This document shows, piece by piece, positions 23,477 to 32,000 of a stretch of 32,000 nucleotides of DNA (the first letter of the stretch is position 1; each line of letters opens with the position of its first letter). The DNA is from Telmatocola sphagniphila (GTDB lineage Bacteria; Planctomycetota; Planctomycetia; Gemmatales; Gemmataceae): NCBI RefSeq assembly GCF_018398935.1, contig NZ_CP074694.1, positions 2,550,001 to 2,582,000 of the forward strand, read 5' to 3'. A model generated the notes under the pieces. That model was not told where the DNA came from, made no database searches, and saw nothing but the letters and a program-made list of their open reading frames with translations. Made by a program: the position numbers and the translations under genes.

Positions 23477-26400
23477 TCACTCCAACACTATTGTACGCAG
23501 CTTGGCGGCCTCCAGTTGCTTATTCAGCTTGGGCAGGTTCTGCGTCGAAAGCTCCTGCCAGATCATCATCAGCCTGGCGTAATTCTCTTCGACTTTCTTC
23601 ACTGCCGTCAGAACCTGAGTCGTCGGCTTCACATCGGCTTCCTGAAGAACCCCCAGCAGAGATCCCATCTGCCCGCTGATCGAAGACAAAGTGGCCATTG
23701 TCGAATCGTCCTTCGCTCGACGGCCACCGCGACGCGGGGAATCGCCGCTATCGATCGAATTGGCTTTATCGATCATCGCTGTGATAGTCTCAATAAGTTT
23801 GGCATCATCGAGTTTCTTCTCCGAGAGCTCTTTGAGTTTTATCCGCAAAATTCGCAACAGTTTTTGAGTGGAAGCAATCTTCAAAACTCCATCGTAACAA
23901 ATCATCGAAGCTTGATGCTGTTGCTGCAAATCTTCCGTCGGAGTTTTTACTCGGGGATCCATCTTAATCGTCAACGGCTGCGAATAAGTTTGGCCATTCG
24001 CTGTCAGCTTGACGGTATACTCCCCCGGATAAACCCAGGGGCCGCGCGGTTCTCCCGGAGTATTGCGAACGATGGCCGAGATCGGATAATTCTTCGGCCC
24101 TTCCAACGAAGCATAATGCAAATCCCAAATGAAGCGGTGCATTCCCACCTCGCTTGAGAGCATGTGGAAAGGCCGAATCCAATAGGGTGTAATTGCCAGA
24201 CTCTTTTCATTGATCGGTTCTGCTTGGTCTTCGCTGGAAAATCGCCGCACCAGCTTGCTCTGAGCATCGAAAATCTCCAGTTTCACAGGCCCATTAGCTT
24301 TATCTTTCAAATAATAATTCAGGATCGCTCCATCCGGCGGGTTCTGCCCGGCCGGCTCTTCCGGAGGCAACGGCGTGTCGGTATTCACATTCCAACGAAC
24401 GCGATGGGCCAGCTGCGGCTTAAACAACTTTGCCGGACTTTCCGCGATCGTTTTGTCGATCTGCCGCAACGGCGTGAGATCATCGAGAATCCAGAAAGAA
24501 CGCCCGTGAGTCCCCACTACCAGATCATCCTGGTGCACGACCAGATCCCGCATCGAAGTGGCTGGCATGTTCAGGCGCAGGGATTGCCAATTTTCGCCAT
24601 CGTCGAAAGAAACATGTATTGCCCGTTCGGTACCGCAGTAAAGCAGCCCTTTTCGCACCGGGTCTTCGCGAACGGCATTCACCGGAGCATTATCCGGAAG
24701 GCCCTTAACGATTTCCTGCCAAGTGGCCCCGTAATCGTGAGTGCGATAAATATGAGGCTTCTGATCGCTCAAGCGAATTCGATTTACAGCGGCATAAGCC
24801 GTCCCCGCGTCGAAACGCCCGGCATCAATAATCGAAATTTTCGACCAGGACGTTAACCCGGGCGGAGTAACATTCTTCCAATCTTTGCCGCCGTCTTTGG
24901 TGACATGAATGAGCCCATCATCCGTCCCGGCCCAAATCACGTTGGTCTCTTTGTAGGAGGGAGCTACCGTATAAATCACGCCACGCCGGGCCATTCGAGT
25001 AAGTTCGGGGGTACGGAAAACCCCAATGCTTTCGGGAACTTCCGGTTGTTCGCGCGTTAAGTCGGGACTGATGATCTCCCAGCTATTTCCGCCACTCGTC
25101 GTCTTGAAAATTACATTACCCGCGAAGTAGAGAGTGTGCGGATCGGTGGGAGCAAACAACACGGGTGCCGTGCGCAGGAAGCGATATTTTCCAGTCCGCA
25201 GCGCTTCAGGAGCGATATTTTGAACCTGCCCCGTTCTGCGATCGAACCTCGTGATTTTGCCGCCGTAGATCATGTTGGAATCGAGCGGATCGACGGCCAC
25301 GTAGCCATATTCTTCGACGCCCACCGGATGCCAGTCCCGGAAGGTAATCTGACCATCCCGGCCTCGACTGCTGACACCGGCAGACCCACTCTCCTGCTGG
25401 CCGCCGTAGACCCAGTAGGGAAATTGATTATCGGTGCTCACGTGGTAGAACTGGGCAGTGGGTTGGTTGTACCAGGTACTCCAGCTTTCGCCGCCGTTGA
25501 CGGTCACCACGGCCCCTTGGTCGGTCGCCAGCAGAATAATATGAGGATTGATTGGATTGATCCAGATGGTGTGGTAATCATCGCCGCCGGGTGCCCCTTT
25601 AATGCACGAGAAATTCTTGCCTCCTTCTGTGGAACGGTAGAGTCCCGTATTGGCGATATAGACCAGTTCTTTATTTTTCGGATCGGCCCGCACTTCAGCA
25701 AAATCACTGCCGCGACCCCAGATGCGGGGATCGGAATTCACCAGCTTCCAATTCTCCCCCGCATCATCGGAACGGTAGAGTCCGCCCGCTCGTGGAGCGT
25801 CGACTAACGCATACAGACATTTGCTGTCGCTGGGGCAGATCGAAATACCGATCCGACCGAGGCCTTGCTCGGCAGTCGGTAGACCTTTGGAGAGTTGTGT
25901 CCAGCTTTCGCCGCCATCGGTCGATTTGAACAGGCCGCTGTTGGTCCCCTGCCACGCCCCATTTTCCCAAGGCCCTTGACGGGCGGACCAAAGCACGCCG
26001 TAGACCGTTTGAGGATTCTCGGGGTCAAACGCGAGAGCAATCGCCCCGGTATTCTCGTCTTTGTAGAGCACCTTCTTCCAGCTTTTGCCGCCATCGAGCG
26101 AGCGGAAGATGCCGCGTTCGGTATTCGCCCCGTAAGGATGGCCAAGCACGGCCACAAAAAGTCGGTCGGGATTCTTGGGATCGACAATGATGGACGGAAT
26201 CTGCTGACCGTCTTTCAGGCCGACATTTTCCCAGGTCTTTCCGCCGTTTTTGGATTTATAAATGCCATCGCCCGTGGAAAGGTCGGGACGTTGCAACCCC
26301 TCGCCACTCCCCACGTAGATAACCTCGGGATTCGAGGGAGCAATAACTAAAGTACCGATGGAACCGGTGGGCTGTTCATCGAAGATCGGCTTCCAGGTCA

Positions 26401-26629
26401 GGCCGTAATCGTTAGTTTTCCAGACGCCGCCGTTGTTGACGCCGATGTAGAAAACGTTCGGCTGGGTGGGAATACCGGCGGCTCCGACGGTTCGACCGCC
26501 TCTAAATGGACCGATCATCCGCCATTTCATTTCCTGGTAGGTGCTGGTCGGATAGGGTTGAGCGGGGAGAGGGCTTGTCGCCAGCAAAAGTAATATGCCG
26601 AGGATCGCGAATCGGATTGTGACTTTCAT
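23477..26629 (-). CDS. Secreted BNR/Asp-box repeat protein (sortilin/VPS10-like, GH74-like twin beta-propeller) with a C-terminal helical extension
   Basis: About ten SxDxGxTW Asp-boxes: SKNGGKTWE, SLDGGKSWK, STDGGESWT, SDDAGENWK, TVNGGESWS, TTSGGNSWE, TKDGGKDWK, THDYGATWQ, SFDDGENWQ, plus the degenerate STEGGKNFS. I place the start at ATG 26629 (MKVTIRFAILGILLLLATSPLPAQ, a signal peptide) rather than the track start 26698. Confidence 0.88.
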   Translation of the reverse strand: MKVTIRFAILGILLLLATSPLPAQPYPTSTYQEMKWRMIGPFRGGRTVGAAGIPTQPNVFYIGVNNGGVWKTNDYGLTWKPIFDEQPTGSIGTLVIAPSNPEVIYVGSGEGLQRPDLSTGDGIYKSKNGGKTWENVGLKDGQQIPSIIVDPKNPDRLFVAVLGHPYGANTERGIFRSLDGGKSWKKVLYKDENTGAIALAFDPENPQTVYGVLWSARQGPWENGAWQGTNSGLFKSTDGGESWTQLSKGLPTAEQGLGRIGISICPSDSKCLYALVDAPRAGGLYRSDDAGENWKLVNSDPRIWGRGSDFAEVRADPKNKELVYIANTGLYRSTEGGKNFSCIKGAPGGDDYHTIWINPINPHIILLATDQGAVVTVNGGESWSTWYNQPTAQFYHVSTDNQFPYWVYGGQQESGSAGVSSRGRDGQITFRDWHPVGVEEYGYVAVDPLDSNMIYGGKITRFDRRTGQVQNIAPEALRTGKYRFLRTAPVLFAPTDPHTLYFAGNVIFKTTSGGNSWEIISPDLTREQPEVPESIGVFRTPELTRMARRGVIYTVAPSYKETNVIWAGTDDGLIHVTKDGGKDWKNVTPPGLTSWSKISIIDAGRFDAGTAYAAVNRIRLSDQKPHIYRTHDYGATWQEIVKGLPDNAPVNAVREDPVRKGLLYCGTERAIHVSFDDGENWQSLRLNMPATSMRDLVVHQDDLVVGTHGRSFWILDDLTPLRQIDKTIAESPAKLFKPQLAHRVRWNVNTDTPLPPEEPAGQNPPDGAILNYYLKDKANGPVKLEIFDAQSKLVRRFSSEDQAEPINEKSLAITPYWIRPFHMLSSEVGMHRFIWDLHYASLEGPKNYPISAIVRNTPGEPRGPWVYPGEYTVKLTANGQTYSQPLTIKMDPRVKTPTEDLQQQHQASMICYDGVLKIASTQKLLRILRIKLKELSEKKLDDAKLIETITAMIDKANSIDSGDSPRRGGRRAKDDSTMATLSSISGQMGSLLGVLQEADVKPTTQVLTAVKKVEENYARLMMIWQELSTQNLPKLNKQLEAAKLRTIVLE

Positions 26630-26848
26630 CAATAGCTCTGTAGTAGATGAAACTAGGATTTTCGAGCCGTGCAAACGCTCAAGAGGAGAGGTTATCAACT
26701 TACGGAAAGGATTGCTAGAAGATACTCAAGCGGTGGGAGTGATATTGATTTGAAGGATCAATTGGTTGATGTATTATGGGAATTGGGTCGTCCCGTGCCT
26801 GATCCAGGCCTAAATAAACCACTCCCCTTGTCAAGCAGACGTTCAGCA

Positions 26849-27274
26849 ATGAAAACAATCCCCGCAATCGAAGTTCTTCAAGATGGGAGATACGCATGTA
26901 CCGCCGCGATTCCCGAGCAAGGTGCGTTGTACGTTTCCTTGATGATTAACCGCAATTTGTTCAAGAAAGCGTTTTCATCGGACTATCGCGAGCTGAGAGT
27001 GCACGGTAGCTTCAGCGACGAGATCGGTAAATCGTTTAATTTATCCTGGAAGCTGCCTGCCATTTCGAAAAGATCTGAAATTCTGATTAGACAAATCGAT
27101 GCGGTCGCGGTGGATGAGCCTCAGATCACAGCAAGCATGAAGGTCGGGTGGAGGAAAGATGTCGTCCTTTCCGCTTTTCGAGAAATTATGGAGCATTCCA
27201 CGCGGGAGGAGCCCCTGGGTTTGCTCGAGCAATTAACGCTTGAGGCGGCAGGGAAATTCGATGCGGAATGTTAG
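26849..27274 (+). CDS. Hypothetical cytoplasmic protein (141 aa from ATG 26849; up to 201 aa if GTG 26669 is used)
   Basis: Open frame 26669-27274. First ATG gives MKTIPAIEVLQDGRYACTAAIPEQGALYVSLMINRNLF... There is no signal peptide, TM segment or motif I recognise. Amino-acid composition looks protein-like. Confidence 0.45.
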   Translation: MKTIPAIEVLQDGRYACTAAIPEQGALYVSLMINRNLFKKAFSSDYRELRVHGSFSDEIGKSFNLSWKLPAISKRSEILIRQIDAVAVDEPQITASMKVGWRKDVVLSAFREIMEHSTREEPLGLLEQLTLEAAGKFDAEC

Positions 27275-27530
27275 ATGGAATCGACCCGTGACAGTTCCTT
27301 CGGAACCTATTTCCGATGGCGATTTGTATCACGAAACCGAAAATCAATCATATCGATAGCCGGGATGGAGGAAGATTCCAATCCACTGACGAGGCCTAAA
27401 AGTTGCATTTCAAGTGGTTTAAGCTTCTCGGGTAACAGCCTCGTAACGAATAACAATACCCCTCTTACTTCCCAGTCATCGCACAACCATAATTACCAGG
27501 TAACTTCTCTCGATAGAAGGGAGGCTTCCA

Positions 27531-28091
27531 ATGTTCTGTTTGCTAATCGTGCGCTTACTATGCGCAATGGGGCTGATGAGCGGCCTAGTGGCAAGTGCTG
27601 TGTGCAGCGAAGAACCTCAGATTGTGTTCGACAATCGCCCCGAGAGCGGGATACCCGCCGAAGCCTTGCAACAGCCTCATAAACCAAGTAAGGCAACCAC
27701 GGAAAAAGAATTCCCTCTCAAGTTTCCCGCCCTAACGGCGGGGGCAATCAAGTCGATCCGCATCCGCTACTACAACAAGGAGACGTGGCCGAATGAAAAG
27801 GACGCCCGCGAATACGTTCGCAGCTTTCTCGGCAACAAAAAGTCGGAGGTTTTTGATTTTCAGATTTGGTCTCAGGGAGTCGGAGTGCCCGAAATCGAAT
27901 GCTATGTGGAATTTACCGAAGAATATCGCAAGAAACTTCTGGGAGATAAGTTTTCCTGTCGCGATGGTCGTCTGCTGCTCTGGAATACGGAGGCTTGCTA
28001 TCGCGACGGCACGGGCCGATGGTATTTTGTCTCCGCGTTCGATCAATTTCACCGGGCTCATCCCAAGGGCGATCGCAAGAATGTGAAATAA
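27531..28091 (+). CDS. Secreted hypothetical protein (186 aa, Cys-containing)
   Basis: GGGAGG lies about 8 nt upstream of the ATG. Signal peptide MFCLLIVRLLCAMGLMSGLVASA/VCSEE. The mature part has several Cys (ECYVEF, FSCRDG, EACYRDG). I recognise no family. Confidence 0.6.
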   Translation: MFCLLIVRLLCAMGLMSGLVASAVCSEEPQIVFDNRPESGIPAEALQQPHKPSKATTEKEFPLKFPALTAGAIKSIRIRYYNKETWPNEKDAREYVRSFLGNKKSEVFDFQIWSQGVGVPEIECYVEFTEEYRKKLLGDKFSCRDGRLLLWNTEACYRDGTGRWYFVSAFDQFHRAHPKGDRKNVK

Positions 28092-28520
28092 GCGAACTAC
28101 CCGATGAGTTTCATTTGGGCTTATCTACCTGCAATCCGCTCGGCCAAGTTATTAGAGGCACCTCATGGACGGGAATACGATTCGTCCGTTCGAAGGCTCA
28201 AATCGGCTCGAATATCGTGTGGAAGAAACAGCAACCTAACCCGTGATTATCTCGCCCCTTCCTATCTTTCAAAATCTCTTCACTCCAGTAGATAATTCCA
28301 GATCGGTAGGCAACTGGCGAATAAAACTGCCGGACCTTGCTCTTTCGAAATATCCCGTCGGAGTGAGAACTCGAAAATTTTGCATTTTGATGCAGGCGGA
28401 TGAGGATTGCCGTACTCATCTTAGAGTGAAATTCTTCACGCTTTACCGGTTCCCGACTTGTTTCTTCGCGGGATTCAATCAATTATAACAAGGAAATCGC
28501 CCGGCGATCGGAGTCCGCAT

Positions 28521-29918
28521 ATGCGTTTTATTTTGGTGTCTCTTTCGTTCATCGTCCTGACCGGTACCCTTTCCGCCCAACTCATTGCTCTCCATCCGAT
28601 CAATCCCCACTACTTCGAGTATCACGGCAAGCCGACGATCCTGGTCACTTCCGCCGAGCACTACGGGGCAGTCCTGAATCTCAATTTCGATTACGTCAAA
28701 TACCTCGACACTCTCGCAGCCGATGGACTGAACCTGACTCGGACCTTCTCAGGTGTTTACGCGGAGCCCGAAGGAGCTTTCGGCATCACTCGCAATACAC
28801 TCGCTCCCAAGGAGGGCCAGTTAATCTCGCCCTGGGCCCGCAGTGATCGTCCGGGCTATTCGCACGGCGGCAATAAGTTCGACCTCGAGAAATGGGATAC
28901 CGCCTATTTCAAACGGCTCAAAGATTTTTTGGCTCAGGCGGGGAAAAGGGGCATTATTGTAGAGTTCACGCTCTTTTGCCCGATGTACGACGAAAGCGAA
29001 TGGAAGCTCAGCCCGATGAATTCTGCGAATAACGTGAACGGGGTCGGATCGATCGGCCGAAACGATGTTTGCACTCTCGACAAGAACGGGCCGTTACTCC
29101 AGGTGCAAGAGGCTCTGGTACGGAAACTGGTCGCGGAACTGCGAGACGTAGACAATCTGATGTACGAAATTTGCAACGAGCCCTATTTCGGCGGCATCAC
29201 ATTGGCTTGGCAACATCGCATCGCCGATGTCATCGTCGACGCAGAGAAAGATTTCGCGAAGAAGCATCTGATCACACAAAACATCGGCAACGGCTCGAAG
29301 AAGGTCGAGAAGCCCCATCCCGCCGTTTCGGTATTCAACTTTCACTACACTTCTCCACCGGTGACCGTCGGCATCAACTACGGTCTGGGAAAAGTGATCG
29401 GTGAAAACGAAACAGGTTTTAAGGGTAACGGCGATGATTTCTACCGGCAGGAAGCCTGGGAATTTCTCCTGGCTGGTGGCGGACTCTACAACAACCTCGA
29501 TTACTCCTTCGCCGTCGGCCACGAGGATGGTACCTTTCAATATCCTCCCAAACAACCGGGTGGGGGCAACCCGGGTTATCGCAAGCAGATGAAAATCCTC
29601 AAGGATTTTCTCTATGGTTTTGACTTCGTGAAAATGAAACCGGCCCGGGATTTGATTCGCGAGGTGTTACCCAAAAATGGGCATTGCCAATTGCTTGCCG
29701 AGACCGGCCAACAGTACGCGGTTTACTTCAAGGATTGCGCCAAGTTCGCTTTCACTCTCGATTTGCCCGAAGGATCGTACTCAATCCGCTGGCTCGATGT
29801 TGTAACTGGCAAAGAGTTGACGGCAGCCACGCTAAATCACTCCGGTGGCAATTTCAATCTGCAGGTACCCGAATTGGGTAGGGAATGTGCGTTGCGGATG
29901 GTAAAGACTACGAGATAA
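28521..29918 (+). CDS. Secreted glycoside-hydrolase-like protein: clan GH-A (beta/alpha)8 barrel plus a C-terminal beta-sandwich. Family not assigned
   Basis: I place the start at ATG 28521 (MRFILVSLSFIVLTGTLSAQ, a signal peptide), not the track start 28458. An NEP acid/base-type motif is present (MYEICNEPYFGG), and VIGENETGF is a candidate nucleophile. The C-terminal QYAVYFKDCAKFAFTLDLPEGSYSIRWLDVVTGKE resembles the beta-sandwich tail of DUF4038/GH5-like enzymes. That resemblance is from memory, not a search. Confidence 0.65.
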   Translation: MRFILVSLSFIVLTGTLSAQLIALHPINPHYFEYHGKPTILVTSAEHYGAVLNLNFDYVKYLDTLAADGLNLTRTFSGVYAEPEGAFGITRNTLAPKEGQLISPWARSDRPGYSHGGNKFDLEKWDTAYFKRLKDFLAQAGKRGIIVEFTLFCPMYDESEWKLSPMNSANNVNGVGSIGRNDVCTLDKNGPLLQVQEALVRKLVAELRDVDNLMYEICNEPYFGGITLAWQHRIADVIVDAEKDFAKKHLITQNIGNGSKKVEKPHPAVSVFNFHYTSPPVTVGINYGLGKVIGENETGFKGNGDDFYRQEAWEFLLAGGGLYNNLDYSFAVGHEDGTFQYPPKQPGGGNPGYRKQMKILKDFLYGFDFVKMKPARDLIREVLPKNGHCQLLAETGQQYAVYFKDCAKFAFTLDLPEGSYSIRWLDVVTGKELTAATLNHSGGNFNLQVPELGRECALRMVKTTR

Positions 29919-29944
29919 AAAAGGTTTCGAAATCGAAAAACATC

Positions 29945-30574
29945 TCATCTCCATTTCCAGAGGATACCCAATCCGCTTGAGGACAAAATCAGCAGCATAA
30001 CCATCAGCCAGACTATTCGGCGGTTTTCCGCCTGGCGATGGACAGCTTGCGTTTTTATTGGCGAAGCATCCGGGACAAATCCGAGGTTGGCCGTCTCATT
30101 TCCTCTAGTCAATTCCTCCAGCATGCGCCGGGCTTCCCGATGCCTGCGGTTCGCCTTCATTATCTCTCGAATTTGTTTGGCATACATGGGATTCGCAAAA
30201 CGAATTCCCGGAAGCCCCATAAATTGAACTTCCTCGTAAGCTATTAAGCATTCGACCCCATCAATTTTTACAGTATCGACCTCTCCTTCTGAACGAGTAG
30301 AAGTGTAGATTCCTCTCGCAAAATCGGAACTGAGGCCCCAGGATTCCATCTCGGCTTCGATTTCGCGCTGCGAAAAGCCTTGATACATCCGAACCAGAAT
30401 GTAGAGCCGAAGATCTTCGATTGCTGCGGGTTCCGCTTGACCAGCGGAGACGGTAGATTCCAGGTGATCGACCAATTCCTCAAAGTTACGCGCGGGAGGC
30501 GCATGAAAGTCTTCTTCCCGCCATTCGGAATCAGAAGTCGACAAGCTCTCACCTGCCCTCAAAAGCCTGGACAA
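29945..30574 (-). CDS. Hypothetical tail-anchored membrane protein
   Basis: 209-aa frame from TTG 30574; the first ATG at 30388 would give 147 aa. There is a single C-terminal TM segment (RRIVWLMVMLLILSSSGLGILWKWR) after an acidic/helical soluble part. I recognise no family. The start is uncertain. Confidence 0.5.
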   Translation of the reverse strand: MSRLLRAGESLSTSDSEWREEDFHAPPARNFEELVDHLESTVSAGQAEPAAIEDLRLYILVRMYQGFSQREIEAEMESWGLSSDFARGIYTSTRSEGEVDTVKIDGVECLIAYEEVQFMGLPGIRFANPMYAKQIREIMKANRRHREARRMLEELTRGNETANLGFVPDASPIKTQAVHRQAENRRIVWLMVMLLILSSSGLGILWKWR

Positions 30575-30639
30575 CTACAGACAATCTTCTCCAACTACAG
30601 CTTATATTAAATTCTCAGCCCATCTTCCGCTGAGGCAAA

Positions 30640-32000
30640 TTAGGATTTTTTACTGGATCGCCTTCTCCAGGCCAGGACTCCTCCGATCGCCGATCCCAGA
30701 ACCAATAAACTTGCAGGTTCCGGCACCGGAGAAAAGGCGATCAGGACATCGTTGCCTCCGTATGTTGCGTTCGTACTGGAATTGCCGTAGTAGGTGATAT
30801 AAGCCGTAAACGAATGGCCGGTGTTAGGATTGGTCAAACTGAAGAAGGAATCGTTCGGCAGACCGGAGAATGTTCCAGTAATTGAGTTGTTTGGTTGATT
30901 TACCAGAATATAAAGTTTGTCGGTTACACTTGGATCGTAGCCCAAGGAGATATTCAACAGGGCATTTGCCAGATTGATTGCGTTTGAAGAACCCGTGATA
31001 GTGATGCGATCGTATTGGCTCCCTGAAGTATTGCCGTTGAGTTTCACATTGACCGTTGTTGAAACATTTAGCGTGAAATTGCCCGTGATTGTCAGATTAC
31101 CCGTCGTGCTGGAAGGACTTGTTTGTAGCAGATTATTCGTACCCGTGAATCCCACATTGCCGACAATCGTCCCGACCCCTTGAACAGTCCCCCCCGAAGT
31201 ATTTACGGCTCCGGTGAATGTACTATTGGCTCCTACTTCCAAGGTGCCATTGTTGGTGAAGGTTCCGCCGCTAACCGTGAAGTTCCGACTATTCGTAATC
31301 TTGAAGTTACCCGAACTCGCGGTCAAGGTGTTGATGGCTGCGAATACCGAATTACTACCATCCAGGGTGACCGATGTTCCGGCCCCCAGGGTAGAGATTG
31401 TTCGACCATTAAAATTCATTGTGGAGGAACCCTGAACGACGTAGCTTCCTCCCGTGAGGGTTCCGGATGCTAGATTTGTTAAGGTGGTGCCGGAAACCAG
31501 ATTGATCGTTCCGCCATTCGAGGCTACTAAGGTACCATTATTGGTGAATGATCCCGTAGGATTTATATTAATTTGCGAGCCAGAGTTGCTTGCCTGAATG
31601 AGGGCGGCACTCGTCAGATTCCCTGTGCCATTGAAATTGTAATAGTTCCCCACATTACCTGTCGTACTTGCTGACTGGATAATTACTACGTTGCCGCCCA
31701 GACTCGCATTCGTATTCCCTTCCACCGCCACATAACTGTTCGAACCCAACGTAATCGAAACATTGTCCACCACACCCGACTGACCTATCCCCAAACCCGC
31801 CGAGGAACCTATCGTCAAACTCGAACCTGAGGAAAAAGTGGAACCGTTCGTCAAACGGACATAATTGTTCGATCCTGACAAATTCAGCGTCCCTGAAATC
31901 GCGACACCACTCAACTGATTGTTGGAACTCGTCGACGCATTCAGACTTGACCCCCCCGAAGATGTAAACGTACCCCCGGATATCGTCCCGGCATTGAGCG
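30640..32000 (-). CDS. PEP-CTERM-anchored beta-strand-repeat (autotransporter-associated / beta-helix-like) surface protein; 5' end lies beyond the window
   Basis: The C-terminus VPEPASLLVLGSAIGGVLAWRRRSSKKS reads as a PEP motif, a TM segment and a basic tail. The body is G/S/T/N-rich repeats (GTLNLSGSNNY..., GGTINLVSGTTLTNLASGTLTGGSYVVQG...). The track start 31914 is only a TTG. I checked that the frame stays open to nt 32000 (...LNAGTISGGTFTSSGGSSLNASTSSNNQL-SGVAISG...). Confidence 0.85.
   Translation of the reverse strand, partial: LNAGTISGGTFTSSGGSSLNASTSSNNQLSGVAISGTLNLSGSNNYVRLTNGSTFSSGSSLTIGSSAGLGIGQSGVVDNVSITLGSNSYVAVEGNTNASLGGNVVIIQSASTTGNVGNYYNFNGTGNLTSAALIQASNSGSQININPTGSFTNNGTLVASNGGTINLVSGTTLTNLASGTLTGGSYVVQGSSTMNFNGRTISTLGAGTSVTLDGSNSVFAAINTLTASSGNFKITNSRNFTVSGGTFTNNGTLEVGANSTFTGAVNTSGGTVQGVGTIVGNVGFTGTNNLLQTSPSSTTGNLTITGNFTLNVSTTVNVKLNGNTSGSQYDRITITGSSNAINLANALLNISLGYDPSVTDKLYILVNQPNNSITGTFSGLPNDSFFSLTNPNTGHSFTAYITYYGNSSTNATYGGNDVLIAFSPVPEPASLLVLGSAIGGVLAWRRRSSKKS

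Noticed and set aside
23516-25807. Three >200-aa ORFs antisense to the BNR/Asp-box gene (23516-24157, 24164-24856, 25136-25807)
   Set aside because: Same shadow-ORF reasoning. The sense strand carries about ten Asp-box repeats.
27275-27682. 135-aa ORF starting right after the stop of the preceding gene
   Set aside because: The translation is Ser/Arg/Asn-rich and not protein-like. It overlaps out of frame with the 27531 ORF, which has a strong RBS and a signal peptide.
28198-28482. 94-aa minus-strand ORF in the 429-bp spacer upstream of the GH-like gene
   Set aside because: It has no RBS, signal or motif, and its composition is odd. I treat it as unsupported, and the spacer is flagged as a finding instead.
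29925-29938. TTTCGA-AA-TCGAAA inverted repeat between the convergent GH-like and tail-anchored genes
   Set aside because: The stem is AT-rich with a 2-nt loop and is thermodynamically marginal. It may be a bidirectional terminator, but this is not supportable from sequence alone.
1-32000. Looked for CRISPR arrays, tandem or interspersed repeats, IS elements or transposases, prophage genes and known defence or toxin-antitoxin modules
   Set aside because: I saw none by eye on either strand. A computational repeat and HMM scan is needed to be definitive.

Overview
This 32-kb segment looks like ordinary chromosome from a Planctomycetota (PVC-type) genome. That assignment is an inference from gene content: two Tat-exported DUF1501 proteins, a DUF1549/DUF1553 protein, a PEP-CTERM beta-strand-repeat protein and many secreted orphan proteins. 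GC content is moderate by eye; I did not compute it. I can support 24 protein-coding genes and one tRNA-Asn(GTT). Two of the genes are cut by the window edges, and the one at nt 1-396 is missing from the ORF track. Gene order: SGNH hydrolase(-), EamA transporter(-), secreted beta-rich orphan(+), HtrA-like protease(+), M13 metallopeptidase(+), family-3 acyltransferase(+), then [ileS, DUF1549/1553, DUF1501, multi-EF-hand protein](-), purN(+), [FAH-family hydrolase, hemW](-), tRNA-Asn(+), APC permease(-), tiny lipoprotein-like ORF(-), FkbM methyltransferase(-), second DUF1501(+), about 1050-aa BNR/Asp-box protein(-), two orphans(+), GH-A-like glycosidase(+), tail-anchored orphan(-), PEP-CTERM repeat protein(-, partial). 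I saw no rRNA, CRISPR array, transposase, integrase, phage genes or recognisable defence or toxin-antitoxin genes. The best candidate for an undescribed system is the tight Sec/Tat-exported operon DUF1549/1553 -> DUF1501 -> secreted protein with about 10 EF-hands (7705-12370). This is a hypothesis from gene order and motifs, not a demonstrated system. Secondary items are an orphan-gene stretch with long non-coding spacers (26.7-28.5 kb), unusual ileS features, a hairpin-containing 428-bp leader (1410-1837) and an AT-rich spacer carrying a perfect palindrome (about 20.5 kb). Most long ORFs antisense to real genes are shadow ORFs and were rejected. ORF-track coordinates include the stop codon. 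Several track N-termini were trimmed to better-supported internal starts.
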